This document shows positions 23,501 through 36,000 of a DNA stretch of 64,000 bases, piece by piece. This stretch comes from Macrostomum lignano (lineage: Eukaryota). Every line of letters begins with the position of its first letter. The stretch's first letter is position 1. The notes under the pieces are model-generated. The model worked only from the letters and a program-made list of their open reading frames with translations, was not told the origin of the DNA and searched no databases. The stretch lies in the NCBI GenBank assembly GCA_002269645.1, contig NIVC01000326.1:496001-560000 (forward strand), written 5' to 3'. Position numbers and translations under genes: made by a program.

Positions 23501-25636
23501 CCAAAGCCGCTTTGGGGATAGACCCCAAGAAGTGCCAAGTGCTCGTCGGAGCTGGGCCAGGATGGCTGAGGCACGCTTGGCTTTTGCTTTCACGTGGGAG
23601 GACCAGTTGAGCCGGTGGTCAAGTATGACCCCGAGACATCTGGTCTGGTGCGCGAAGGCAATATCTCTGCCGTAGAGCTGCAGAGGACGTATGTTCCAGC
23701 GTAGTCTGCTGGTAAACATAATGGCAACGGTTTTGGGCTCAGAGAGTTCCAGACCATTGTCATTGGCCCAGGATTCTGCTTTGCGGATAAAGCTCTGCAT
23801 CAGATCCCTGAGCGTGCTGGGAGACGGTCCTGCCACAATGGCCGTGACGTCATCAGCATACCCGACTTTGAAGACGGGGTCGGGTCGGGAGTCACTCAAA
23901 AGAGCGTCCATGACCAGGTTCCAGAGCGTCGGGGTGAGGACTCCGCCTTGGGGTCCACCCTTACAGACTCTGGTGGAGGCAGTTTGCCCAAGAAGTTGGG
24001 CAGTGACCGTACGGTTGGAGATCATGTACATGATCCACCGTATGAGGGTAGCATGAGCTTTGCGATTTTGAAGGGCCCTCTGAAACGCTTCAAAGATAAC
24101 GTTGTCGAAGGCGCCAACAATGTCAAGAAAGAGAGCCAGAGCGTAACCGTCACCCAGTACCGCCCTTTCAATCTTCTCGACAATCGCATGCAAGGCGCTG
24201 TCAGTCGACCTCCCGGTACGGAAGGCGTGCTGATTATTGCTGAGGGGCATCGCTGTCAGCTCGCAGGACAGCAGCCGCCAGAGAATAAGCCTCTCAGTGA
24301 GCTTAAGCATTGCTGACGTTAAGCTAATAGGCCGGAAGGCCTTGACGCTTTGGTAGTCACCCTTCCCAGGTTTGGGAATAAAGACTACCCGAGCTTCAGT
24401 CCAGCATTTGGGAACGTATCCCAGCTGGATAGAGGCCCGCATAAGATTGCGGGTGAGTCTCAGGAACGAGGGTATCTTGGCTGCTTCACGAAGGAGAACA
24501 GGGTAGATACCATCAGGTCCAGGAGATTTGAAGGGTTTGAAGGTTCTGACCGCACGAGCGATTAGGTCTTCAGTGACAATGCCCGCCGCTAGGGTGGCTC
24601 CATCCATCGAATGGTTGGGCTCCGGTCTAGCAGTAGGTACCCTCGGGAAGAAAGTGCTGAGCATATGCTGAAGCACTTCTTCAGGGTCTTTAGTAAGAGA
24701 GCCATCATCTTTTTTGATCATGGCTAATTTGGACATTTTGTCCATTGTAAGGGCCTTGACAAGCCTAGAAGTAGGTCTGTCTTGATCCAATTCATTGCAG
24801 AATTGGCGCCACTTACATTCCTTGGCCTTGCGCACTTCAGATTTGAAATTGCGGGAGGCTTGCCGGAAAAGCTCCATGTCCTCCGGGTTTCCGGTCTTCA
24901 TGGCACGGCGATGAAGGCTTTTGGCCACACCCTCCGCGGCTTTCCGTCTCTAGTAACGCGCCCCACCTGAACATTGTGCTGTGGAGGGTTTCTAGTGCTA
25001 TAATTTGCTTGTGCTACCTACATTGAACAAACAGAAACAGATGTCTAACTGCTGATTACTATAAATCAGTTTAAAAAATTATAAACTGTAACGGGAAATT
25101 GTCACCAGCAAAAGTACGCACTTCTGGTACGTAACTGTACTTAACTTGGTACGACACTCATCACAGTTGACCAGCCTCCGTCTGCAAGCGCTCCTCTTGT
25201 GCTCATCCAACTCTCTCTTCAGCGTTGCCTCACCGCACATTTCGCACTTCACCTTCTCAAATTCGCAATCTGCCAGGTGAGCGTCGGCCTGTCGCCATGG
25301 AAACTCAGCCGGACAACCGTCGGCCTTATTCGGACAGAACACCTTCAGCTTAGTGAGCTCTCGCCGAGATGCGATGTCGGGAAAGCAGGACGACTGGCAG
25401 ATGTTGATCTCCTCATCAGGGTCCTTGCAGGCGTCGCTCTTGCCCGGACACGGCACCTTGTCGGTTGCTGGCAGGCTGTCCACACAGGACTGGCACAGGC
25501 GGCAGCCGTGCGGTGTCTGGAATGAGTTGGTCACCGGCCTGGAGCAGCTGCTGCAGCGCAGGTGGCTTGGCAGACTGCGCTCGTCTACCAGGCTGGCTGC
25601 GAGGGCGCGCGTGGAGAGCACAATGCCAGCGGACAT
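20553..25636 (-). pseudogene. TRAF family gene copy A (RING-ZnF-coiled coil-MATH); exons 25636-25145 and 21770-20553; apparently disabled
   Basis: RING CSSC...HGCRLCQSC; TRAF zinc fingers CPNKADGC...HLADC, CEMC...HKRSAC, CPHC...HLSQC; MATH DGCITWKI, LFSPPF, GEYDDTLEWP, FVRND. In-frame TAA at 21390-21392. The donor reads AAG|TTAAGT where copy B has AAG|GTAAAG. Confidence 0.88.
22041..24960 (-). mobile_element. 5'-truncated non-LTR retrotransposon with RT + RNase H (LOA/R1-group-like) inside the TRAF-A intron
   Basis: ORF 22139-24928: PGPDG, RPISL, QHAFRTGRST, FLDIVGAFD, PQGGVLTPTLWN, GYADD; RNase H YTDGSK, SDSQAAL, WVPGH.GI.GNELAD; C-terminal CSFC...ETAEH. 3' tail (TAAGTCAAG)x2 at 22041-22058. 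No endonuclease domain present. Confidence 0.92.
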
Positions 25637-26386
25637 AATTCTGTAAATCCCTAAGATTAAACTTATATAAAATTGCTGCTGGCCTTATCCTGATCACAGA
25701 CAGTACAACATGTGGATAATAAATTAATCTAGTTTAGCAGGTACTACCTTGTAGGTCAACTGTGTCTAAATTAAGAGCGGCGAACACTAGAACTTTACAA
25801 CAAGCGCGTACTTTTTCTTTCTACTCGTATTTCCAGCTCATACCGTACGGTATAAAGAACTCTAAAGTAAATTCTATGCATTCACGGCGCACACACTGGC
25901 ATGGCATACCATTGTACACTGCTACGTACATGTACCATGTACGGTGGGATATATGCAGTAGCAAAGCAAGCAGCATTTTCATGGGTCAGCAGGAATGCAC
26001 TTCAGACGCCAATATACTTCAGTAGCGTCTAGGCTAAAAGGAACTACCTTGTAACTAACTGGAAACCTCCAGTAAGTAAATTAGATTGTTATCAGTGCTT
26101 AACACTCTGCAGTGGCCTGGACTGTTTTAATCTGCAAAAGCTGGAATATCCGACACTACACAAACGACAAGTACATAAAGCTATAGTAAAAGCCTAAGCT
26201 CAAGTTCAACATTCGGGACGCCAGAATCCGCGCAACTCGTTAAATACATTTTTACCAGCAAATACTCATTTTAACGCGAAACAGTCGCTTTGTCTGCATT
26301 GCGCCTATATAATAGACAACTTTGTTTAACTATTTCCAGAAGTGTGGTTGATTTAAAATTGGGTTTTGTTTAGTTCTTCTCGCCCT

Positions 26387-26755
26387 CAGTAGCGTAGCTA
26401 GGGGGGGGGGATACGGGGATATATTCCCCCATTTTGCCGATTTATAGGAAACCAAAATGAGGATTTTTCGAAAAAAGGCAAAATAAAGCGGCTTAGATTT
26501 AGCAAAATTGCCAAAAATTGGCGTATTTCACTCGTAAATTATTATTAAATTGTTTCTAAGTTCCTAAAATGCCGTCGTCAGAACAGACGTCTGCCGGCTT
26601 TACTCTGATTTTAACAAAGTAAAGTCTTTTAAGCCTAATAAGCATGATTTTGGTACTTTTTGAAAGCATATTTGAAGCAAAAATTGCAAAAAAACTTTTT
26701 TTATTAGTCTAAAATTTTGTCCCTCAAAGTTATCCCCCCTTTTCAAAATCCACTG
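26387..26755. mobile_element. hAT-type MITE with perfect 8-bp TSD
   Basis: CTCGCCCT at both 26379-26386 and 26756-26763. The element begins CAGTAGCGTAGCTAGGGGG and ends CCCCCTTTTCAAAATCCACTG. Confidence 0.85.
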
Positions 26756-28093
26756 CTCGCCCTTCTGCCGCGCGCTCTGAGTGGTTAGTGCTCACATAGA
26801 CTTGGCATCACCATTAGCAATAGTCTTAGATTGTACTTATCTGCTTGGCATTAGTACTACTACTACTATCTTTAATACTAAGATTATTATCATTATTATT
26901 GCTAGATTGCATTAACGCTCAGCACGCGCATCATAGTCTATATTAAATAAAAGATCCGAACTTTGTCGCAGAAAAAAGTGACGCTATTTATTACTTATTA
27001 CAATGACAACACAATTGTCAAGGAAATATATATTTTATTATTATTATCGAGTATATGGATAGCGATGGGAGTGCAAGACAACTCGTGCATACTTGATTAA
27101 CTATATTGTCCGACTTGCAAAAAATGACAAGTGCGGATGGTTGCAACTTGTGAATTAATTAATAATAGCACAGATGCACTAATAGGCCAAGACCTTTAGC
27201 TTATTACGTCAATGGCTGGGTTTTGGTGCACACTGTAGTTTATTCAAAAGGGCGTATGTAATAATGTATTGTAGCATCCGGTATCCTACAGAAATTCTAA
27301 TACAATCAAATGGATCATGCGGATAGCAAGTAAAAACAGTCTTCAAGACCACATAATACACTTGTAGACTTCAATCATAGTCCATGCGTCAGAAATGTGC
27401 GTTACGGTGCGCAACGCGAGTTAAACGACTTTGTGACTCGTGCACGACAGAACAGTATGGCAGATCTATGAAACGAAGCTATGAAAACTACGTAACATAG
27501 GTACCTCTTCTAAGTCCGATAAAATCGAGTTTAAGTTCCCATTCTCTATACGCGCCTTTTCATTGGCCGATGAGAGGCATACTTTAGACAAGAATAAATT
27601 GTTTTCAATATGGACAGCAGGAGATACTACAAAGGTTGACCTAAAAAGGATGCGGTTTAACTTTCTGTAGCCGAAACTGTTCTTTCACCAATGTAGCTTA
27701 CAAACTAGGTATGTTCTAGATCTAATCAATGAGTACCGAGCATGCTGTATTTCTGGTTTCAACTGCAGCTGGCAAAGTTGACATTCTAACTTATGCCCTC
27801 GACACTCTTTGGTTCGAATCATAGATGTTCTATCAAGTTTTAAAATTACAGAATCATTTTCTGTTTTATTTTCCACACCGCGCCTCCACCATGGAGAACG
27901 ATTAGAAAACGATAAAAAATTCCTTGAACCGCTAATTAAGATAAATTTGAAGCTTAAAAACAATCGTTACAATTATTATTGACAGGCTGAACATTCAAAA
28001 AGTGCATGCAGCTTTTCATATACCAATCAAAGAATACCGAGCTAAAATACAGAGCCAATACAGCTATGAAACATACGATTTGTGCTGAGCATA

Positions 28094-28565
28094 CGAGGGC
28101 TGTCCTAAAAGCAGTGTTACTTTTCATTATATCTATCGGTCAGATGATCCAAATCATGAGTCATCCATTTTTCACAAATTTATAGCGGCAACTCCCTTCT
28201 TCATAGTAACTTTAAAACACTTACAGTATGTACTCGTAAATAAATGACTTTTGGCGCAGCAAATGGATGGAACAAAAAGCAATGAAGCTGAAGCCCAGTG
28301 GGAAATATTCTGCTGCTTTGAAAGTTTCATGCTTCTCCTAATAGATATCTCTTTGTCTCTGTCACGGCAGCCTAACAAAGAAGTCTCTGATGGTTAAGTT
28401 CCTGTTACATTTTTGTTCATAACTTTTGTTTCCATTGTCTGTTTTTAATGATGTTAATTTAATAGTTCGTATGAAGAATAGAGCTGCCGCTATAAAATTG
28501 TGAAAATTTATTTAGATCATCATAATGAGAGATGTAATGAAAATTAACACCACTGTTGGGACTCG
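28094..28565. mobile_element. Decayed Tc1/mariner-type fold-back MITE
   Basis: TA|CGAG...CTCG|TA ends. Long imperfect inverted repeats, e.g. TTTTCACAAATTTATAGCGGCAACTC (~28170) versus GAGCTGCCGCTATAAAATTGTGAAAA (~28482). Confidence 0.6.
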
Positions 28566-28951
28566 TAAATTAATATTGGTATCATAGTGCCATATATATT
28601 TGAACATATACGTTCGAAGCCACTGAATTTACACAGAATGCCGAATGCCGATCAGTTTTCACGAAGATGAATTAAGATTCGAACGCGCTACCATTGTTTC
28701 AAGAAATTATGGTCAGTAGTATCAAGGTACCAAGGGCAGTTATTTATTTTAGTTGCAGACTTGTTTATAGTCGAAAAGTAGGAGTTTGAGGATTTGGGAT
28801 TTAAGCTTCAGCATTGTTAGCAATATTGGCTCTCTATGCTAGCTCGGTACGCTTTGACGCCAACAGACAGATAATCAGTGTATTTCTATTTCTGATTACG
28901 GATCAAGAGAAAGCAAGCGACAAAGTCAAGAGAAATTTTAAAATTCAAATT

Positions 28952-31253
28952 TTATCTTCGACGACCCCGCCGATTTGCTTCGCTCGGCCTCGGCTCAACT
29001 TCGGTCTCAATGTAGATCGAATCGTTTCGCACAAATTTCTCTTCAAGGATGTCAATTCTAACAAATCTTGTAACTGACGCATTTATTGACAGATCGCTTG
29101 CTGCTGGCGGTTTCTGTGCCGACAGAGTCGCCTTAGCAACAACATCGTCCGATCGAGTTCGAGGATGCAGCAGACGAAAGGTGACGTCGGCAACAAGCGG
29201 CCAGTCCTGCACATCCTCGTACTCGCTCTGGATCAGCACCAACTGAATGGTCACGTGACTGCCCTCGGCACCCTCCTGCCCGTTCAGAAAAAGGCGAACG
29301 CGGAACATGTAGCCGTAGCGTTTAGACATGAACGGCGGCGAGAACAAAGAGACTGGGGAGCCGCTCTTTGCCTCCCTGCGTCTGGCCGCGAAGCCAAGCA
29401 CCTTCCACGTTAAACAGCCATCAAATGAGGTTTGTTCCAGGGTTTCAAAGCGAAGCTCGATTGCCCGCATCTGCTCCATCAGCCGGGAGACATCAGCAGA
29501 TGAGGCCGAAGCTGCAGCTGCAGATGCTGCTGAGGCGCCAGTGGTTCCTGCTCCAGATCGCTCAGCAGCCTCCATCTGTCTCAACTTGTCGTCCATATTT
29601 TTCAGCATTGTTTTGAATCCTTGAAGACCTCCGAAAGATTTGATGAAGTCTTCCAGACTCATTGTAGACAGTGCCCAAGTCGCTATGTTTGGCTGCAGCC
29701 CTTTGAACTTGCTGAAAATATTCATGGCTCTGCGCTCCAAATCCTTCATCTCCTTGGACACCGCCTCTCCTGACCCGGTGACCGCGGACGCTCCATCAAC
29801 TGCGGCACCTGCACCACCTGCAGCCGCACCTGGAAAGCCACTAGCAGTGCTGTGCTGAGCGGATGCGCTGGAGACCCGCAGTTTGGCATCGATAAGCTGA
29901 AGGTGCCTGTCGGCTGCCTCGCTGCAGTGAGCCGCCATCTCTGTGGCCGGAGCGACAAAGTCGCAGCCAAGATGAGCAAATCTGCACGGCGTCGGCTTCT
30001 GAGGGCACTGGGACAGGTGGCTGAGAAATGCCTGCCGGTTGAAATTTCCCTCCGGCAGTGCGGACACGGATCTCTGAACTCCCGACAGCAGGACATCGAT
30101 TGCAGGTTCTTGTGCTCGGAGTCCATCGCGCCAGCAACTACCTGGGGAGGTTGTTCAAGTTTTCTGTAATAGATAAACTAAGCAATAATTTTACTTGATA
30201 ACTAATAACTTTTTCTACTCAGTAGTAAAGGAAGGATATTTTGCGTCAAAAACGTTTTTCTTTCAATATTTGTTTGTTAAGAGCGAGAATTGAAAAGTTA
30301 AAAGTGGTTCCATTTAACGACGTAAAAGAAAGTTCGCGTTCAAAACAGTAAAATTCTGAAGTAAAATATTAAATTGGCCTGACCGAGTCGACAAATTCCA
30401 CCCAAGTCTCGATCTCCCGCTTTGGTGCGACATACTTTCGTACGAATGCCTTTCGCTGGATTGGATCTTCATTGGATTTTGATGGAACAGGCATCTCAAG
30501 CTAAATATGCCTTGCAGCTAACTATGCATCACATCAAGCTTTTCGGTTACATAAGGAGGGAAGGAAATAATGAATAGGAGCAGAGGACAGGCATTTCCAC
30601 TCTCTTATCCAGTTTAATGTACGATAGGCTAAAAATAGATCCGGCTTGTTCAACCAATCGCGTCTAAGTCCGTGCAACCATAGCTTTAGACATTTATCAC
30701 CCAACCTCAATAGTCGCCTTAGTTAAAATTCACAAAAATTGAGCTTAGTCTAGGGCTTTACCTTGATTTTACAGTCATCGCAGTTGACCAGCCTCCGTCT
30801 GCACGCGCTACTCTTGTGCTCATCCAACTCTCTCTTAAGCGTTGCCTCACCGCACATTTCGCACTTCACCTTCTCAAATTCGCAATCTGCCAGGTGAGCG
30901 TCGGCCTGTCGCCATGGAAACTCAGCCCGACAACCTTCAGACTTATTCGGACAGAACACCTTCAGCTTAGTGAGCTCTCGTCGAGATGCGATGTCGGGAA
31001 AGCAGGACGACTGGCAGATGTCGATCTCCTCATCAGGGTCCTTGCATGCGTCGCTCTTGCCCGGACACCGCACCTTGTCGGTTGCTGGCAGGCTGTCCAC
31101 ACAGGACTGGCACAGGCGGCAGCCGTGCGGTGTCTGGAAGGAGTTGGTCACCGGCCTGGAGCAGCTGCTGCAGCGCAGGTGGCCCGGCAGACTGCGCTCA
31201 TCTACCAGACTGGCTGCGAGGGCACGCGTAGAGAGCACAATTCCAGCAGACAT
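28952..31253 (-). pseudogene. TRAF family gene copy B; exons 31253-30762 and 30141-28952; one 1-bp frameshift near 30053
   Basis: Same RING/ZnF as copy A with canonical GT-AG sites. MATH DGCLTWKV, SLFSPPF, GYMFRVRLFLNG, WPL, FVRNDSIYI. Reads CACTGCCGGAGGG where copy A has CACTGCCGTGAGGG. Could be intact if this is a sequencing error. Confidence 0.85.
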
Positions 31254-32367
31254 AATTCTAAAGAGAGAAACAGCACCGAGACGGCCACCGCTTCTCTATA
31301 ACTCCGCCATACAAGGTACTACCGTGTAATATTCCAGGCAGACCATGAACGGCTTTTTATAGCTCGAAGTGTACTTTTGTTAACTGAAAAGAAATTTACA
31401 CGCCATGTAAGATACAGCGAGTTCACAGCACAGCATCTTCTGATACTTCAAGTATTTAAAGAAAATAACAGATATTGAAATTACATACTCGTATAACAGG
31501 ATTAAAACTAAGCTAAGGGAATCAATACTGCTGCCAGTGGATCTATTTTTAGATTGCAGGAGTCCGGCAAGAAAGAGCTTAGCTGTACAGTAAGAACAAC
31601 CGGAATTGCCGTGGGAAAGCCGTACACAAACGAGTTAAATAGATGTGCCTTTATCTATGCTAGCCTCTGCCTCACTGTACAATGTCAAAATAAACACCAC
31701 TGCAACAGAGAAGGTACTTCCCCGCTCAATATTTTTCACACTAGCTCATAAAGACTCAACAAGGAACAAAAAAATTCACGACAGATAAGTCGATAAGCTC
31801 AAAATTTATCAAGGAAACTCCAGTTATAACTACAGAACTCTAGTGGGCCTCCTTGCGTTAAACTGTCTCCATTTAATATCGGAAAGGAAACTAATAGAAA
31901 TCCTGATAGGAAATCACGAAGTAATAAGATTTTATTATGCCTACAGGGTTTAAAATGGACTCGAAAAAAATTATTAAAAATTGCCAAAGCCACGGTTATC
32001 TGACAAGAACTCTCCGCAATGCACTGCTGCTTAGTTACATATATTTATATTAACAGAATGTGTTTGAACAGCAAATTTAACAACTAGCAGTTGCAATGAA
32101 TCATACGGAGGCTTAGCAACACAGCTAGATTATTCATTTAAACAAAATCTTTGCATAAGTTGAAGGCACAGACGTGTAACCCTTTCTGTCGGGCAGAAAC
32201 CAACAGTTCCGTTGAATAAGGAACTATAAAATTAAGCACGTGGAACTTTTATTTTGCATATGTGCGACATATGCATACTGGCAGCCAGCTAAGAAATACT
32301 AAGGAATACTCGTACAATGCTATGGAATAAACTCACCAACACCATTGATTCAATATGGAACAAGGCA

Positions 32368-33010
32368 AATCTCAGGGCTGTTTACAGACGAATCTCAGGC
32401 TGTTTAGAGACGAATCTCAGGCTGTTTAGAGACGAATCTTATTGCTGTTTAAAGACGAATCTCAGGGCTGTTTAAAGACGAATCTCAGGGCTGTTTAAAG
32501 ACGAATCTCAGGGCTGTTTAAAGACGAATCTCAGGGCTGTTTAAAGACGAATCTCAGGGCGGTTTAAAGACGAATCTCAGGGCGGTTTAAAGACGAATCT
32601 CAGGGCGGTTTAAAGACGAATCTCAGGGCTGTTTAAAGACGAATCTCAGGGCTGTTTACAGAAGATTTTAAGAGCTGTTCACAGACGAATCTCAGGGCTG
32701 TTTAAAGACGAATCTCAGGGCTGTTTACAGAAGATTTTAAGAGATGTTCACAGACGAATCTCAGGGCTGTTTAAAGACGAATCTCAGGGCTGTTTAAAGA
32801 CGAATCTCAGGGCTGTTTAAAGACGAATCTCAGGGCTGTTTAAAGACGAATCTCAGGGCTGTTTACAGACGAATCTCAGGGCTGTTTACAGACGAATTTC
32901 CGGGCTGTTTAAAGACGAATCTCAGGGCTGTTTATAGACGAATATCAGGGCTGTTTACAGACGAATCTCAGGGCTGTTTAAAGACGAATCTGGGGGCTGT
33001 TTACAGACGA
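32368..33010. repeat. ~23-bp minisatellite downstream of COG2
   Basis: Unit GACGAATCTCAGGGCTGTTTAAA. Confidence 0.95.
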
Positions 33011-33088
33011 TTTTAGCGCTATTTAAAGGCAGTATTAATTTGTAGGGCTGAATATATAATCAGCTCTCTGAAGCCGCACAGATCACAA

Positions 33089-36000
33089 TCATCGCACATC
33101 AGCGGAAGCAGACCTGAAAGCCGCAGACCGGGCCTCCCCAGTCAGTTGGGTCAGCGCCTCCATGGACTGTCGCAGCTCTGCTTCGGGTTCAGCTTCCACT
33201 CCAGCCAGCCACTGGCCGCACTGCCCGGCAACAAACTGAGCGTCAATGTGCAGCTGCTCGCGAATTTTATCATCGTCGCTGGCTGCCGAGGCCCTGCCGC
33301 CGGCGCCGCCAGCGCCTTTGGCTCTTGCCAGCTGGCGGAGGCTGTCCTCCATCCGCCTGACGGAGTCCAGCAGGTCGGCCAGGCCGGCCCGGTAGCGGGG
33401 CAGCACCTCACGGGACCAGGCGGTCACCCAGGCGGCCAACTTCGCCTTGGCAACAGACTCCGCGTTGGCAGACAGGAATTCCGACACTGGCTGCACCTGA
33501 GGGGAAGATGTTTGCGACGGGGTCAGGTGACCTCCAGGGCTGGTGTTTGGGCCAGGGGTCAGGTGACCTCCAGGGCTGGTGTTTGGGCCAGGGGTCAGGT
33601 GACCTCCAGGGCTGGTGTTTGGGCCAGGGGTCAGGTGACCTCCAGGGCTGGTGTTTGGGCCAGGGGTCAGGTGACCTCCAGGGCTGGTGTTTGGGCCAGG
33701 GGTCAGGTGACCTCCAGGGCTGGTGTTTGGGCCAGGGGTCAGGTGACCTCCAGGGCTGGTGTTTGGGCCAGGGGTCAGGTGACCTCCAGGGCTGGTGTTT
33801 GGGCCAGGGGTCAGGTGACCTCTAGGGCAGGTTTTTAAGCCAGGGGTCAGGTGACCTCTAGGGCAGGTTTTTAAGCCAGGGGTCAGGTGACCTCTAGGGC
33901 TCGTTTTTGGGACTGGGGTCAGGTGACCTCTAGGGCTCGTTTTTAAGACTGGGGTCAGGTGACCTCCAGGACTGGTGTTTCGGACAGTGGTCAGGTGACC
34001 TATAGGGCTGGAGTTTGCGACGGGGTCAGGTGACCTCCAGGACTGGTGTTTGGGATGGAATCAGGTGACCTCCAGAGCTGTTTGGGATGGGGTCAGGTGA
34101 CCATGAAGGCTACAGGTGTTCGTTACAGGGGTCAAGTGACCTCCAATCTAACAACTTAAACAAGAAAAATCGGTTTACTTTCAGTTAAAGATAAATAAAT
34201 TTAACTTCGAGCGTAATACCATTTTTAAAATATAATTTTTATCGAGCAGTGAAGCAATGTACATTGCCAGCGATCAGTTTGTGATTCAGAAAGCAAGCAA
34301 ATATTACGAGGTACCAGATACTCGCTATTGTGCTCAGTACTGAAAATGAGTACCAACAGACAGCACGGGGAACTCCCGCATTTCTAGGAAATGCAAAACC
34401 GAAGGTACTGCTTAGTAAATCTATTTTATAGATATTTTACAGCCATGGAACCTATTGGCAATCTATTTTTAGCCACCACAAACGTCATTGCAGCATATAA
34501 GCTCAGTGTTGCATTGCAGTCAATCGAAAGGGCTTAGATAAATAATTCATTGATTGGATTAGTAACCCATGAGGTATATACAAATTAGCATTCCCATAGC
34601 CAACGATTAGAAACACATAGACTAGATTAGCAATCCACAGACTAGATTAGCAACCCAGACTAGATTAGCAACCCACGGACTAGATTAGCAACCCACAGAC
34701 TAGATTAGCAATCCACAGACTATATGAGCAACCCACAGACTAGATTAGCAATCCAAGACTAGATTACTCGTAGCAATTCAAGACTAGATTAGCAATCCAT
34801 ACCCACCATATTCAGCGCGTAGGGAGACGGCTGCGTCGGCAGCTCCCTGTTGGTCTTCCGGTACGCTCTCGGCACTTCGTTCAGCCGGCCGATGGCTTCC
34901 AGCGAACGCGCCACCAGCGAGGCGCAGACCTGCTCGTCCAGCAGGCCGCAGATGGCGTCCCACCGGGCCAGACAGTCAGTCAGGGCAGTCAGGAACAGCT
35001 GGTCACGCTCAGCCGATTTGATTCCAGCATCCCCAGCCTCATCAGCATCGCCGGCATCAGCCAGAGGCAGGTCGGCAAACTTTGGCTGCACAGCGTCGCT
35101 GAACAGACGCAGAATTTCGGCCTTGGCGGCGGCCAGGTCCGCGGCCAGCAGCAGCGCCCGCCTGACGCCCTCCTCCCCTGTGCCGATGTCGGCCGCCAGG
35201 CCTTCAAAATGCGCGCCGCACCGGCAGATGATGAGCAGCGTCAGCTTCCAGAATCTGCCAGTCAGCGACGGCAGGTGCACCTCCGGGCACCAGACCCGCG
35301 ATAGGGCGGCGAGGGCGGCAGAGGTCGCTTTAAGGCGGCAGGCGGAGCCGCCGGGAGGGGCCGGGGACAGGCCGCAGGCGGACAGCTCCTGGTCCAGGCT
35401 GCTAGTCACCTGGTGGATGGCGAAGGAGATTGATGGGTATGGCCAGGTCAGGGTTGTTATTGATGAAGCTGCTTCACAGAGTTTGCACTTAATACCAATT
35501 TATCCTTTATCCAACAATCCCAGAGTGTCAGTTGCTGGGCCAGCCTCCCAGAGTGTCAGTTGCTGGGCCAGCCTCCCAGATCTTCAGTTGCTGGGCCAGC
35601 CTCCCAGAATGTCAGTTGCTGGGCCAGCATCCTGGATCCTCAGTTGCTGGGCCAGCATCCTGGATCCTCAGTTGCTGGGCCAGATCCCAGATCCTCAGTT
35701 GCTGGGCCAGCCTCGCAGATCCTGTTGCTGGGCCAGCATCCTGGATCCTCAGTTGCTGGGCCAGCATCCTGGATCCTCAGTTGCTGGGCCAGCCTCCCAG
35801 ATCTTCAGTTGCTGGGCCAGCCTCCCAGAATGTCAGTTGCTGGGCCAGCATCCTGGATCCTCAGTTGCTGGGCCAGCATCCTGGATCTTCAGTTGCTGGG
35901 CCAGCCTCCCAGATCCTCAGTTGCTGGGCCAGCCTCCCAGATCTTCAGTTGCTGGGCCAGCCTCCCATATCCTCAGTTGCTGGGCCAGCCTCCCAGATCC

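Noticed and set aside
22031-25000. Target-site duplication for the non-LTR element
   Set aside because: No matching flank could be identified at the truncated 5' end.
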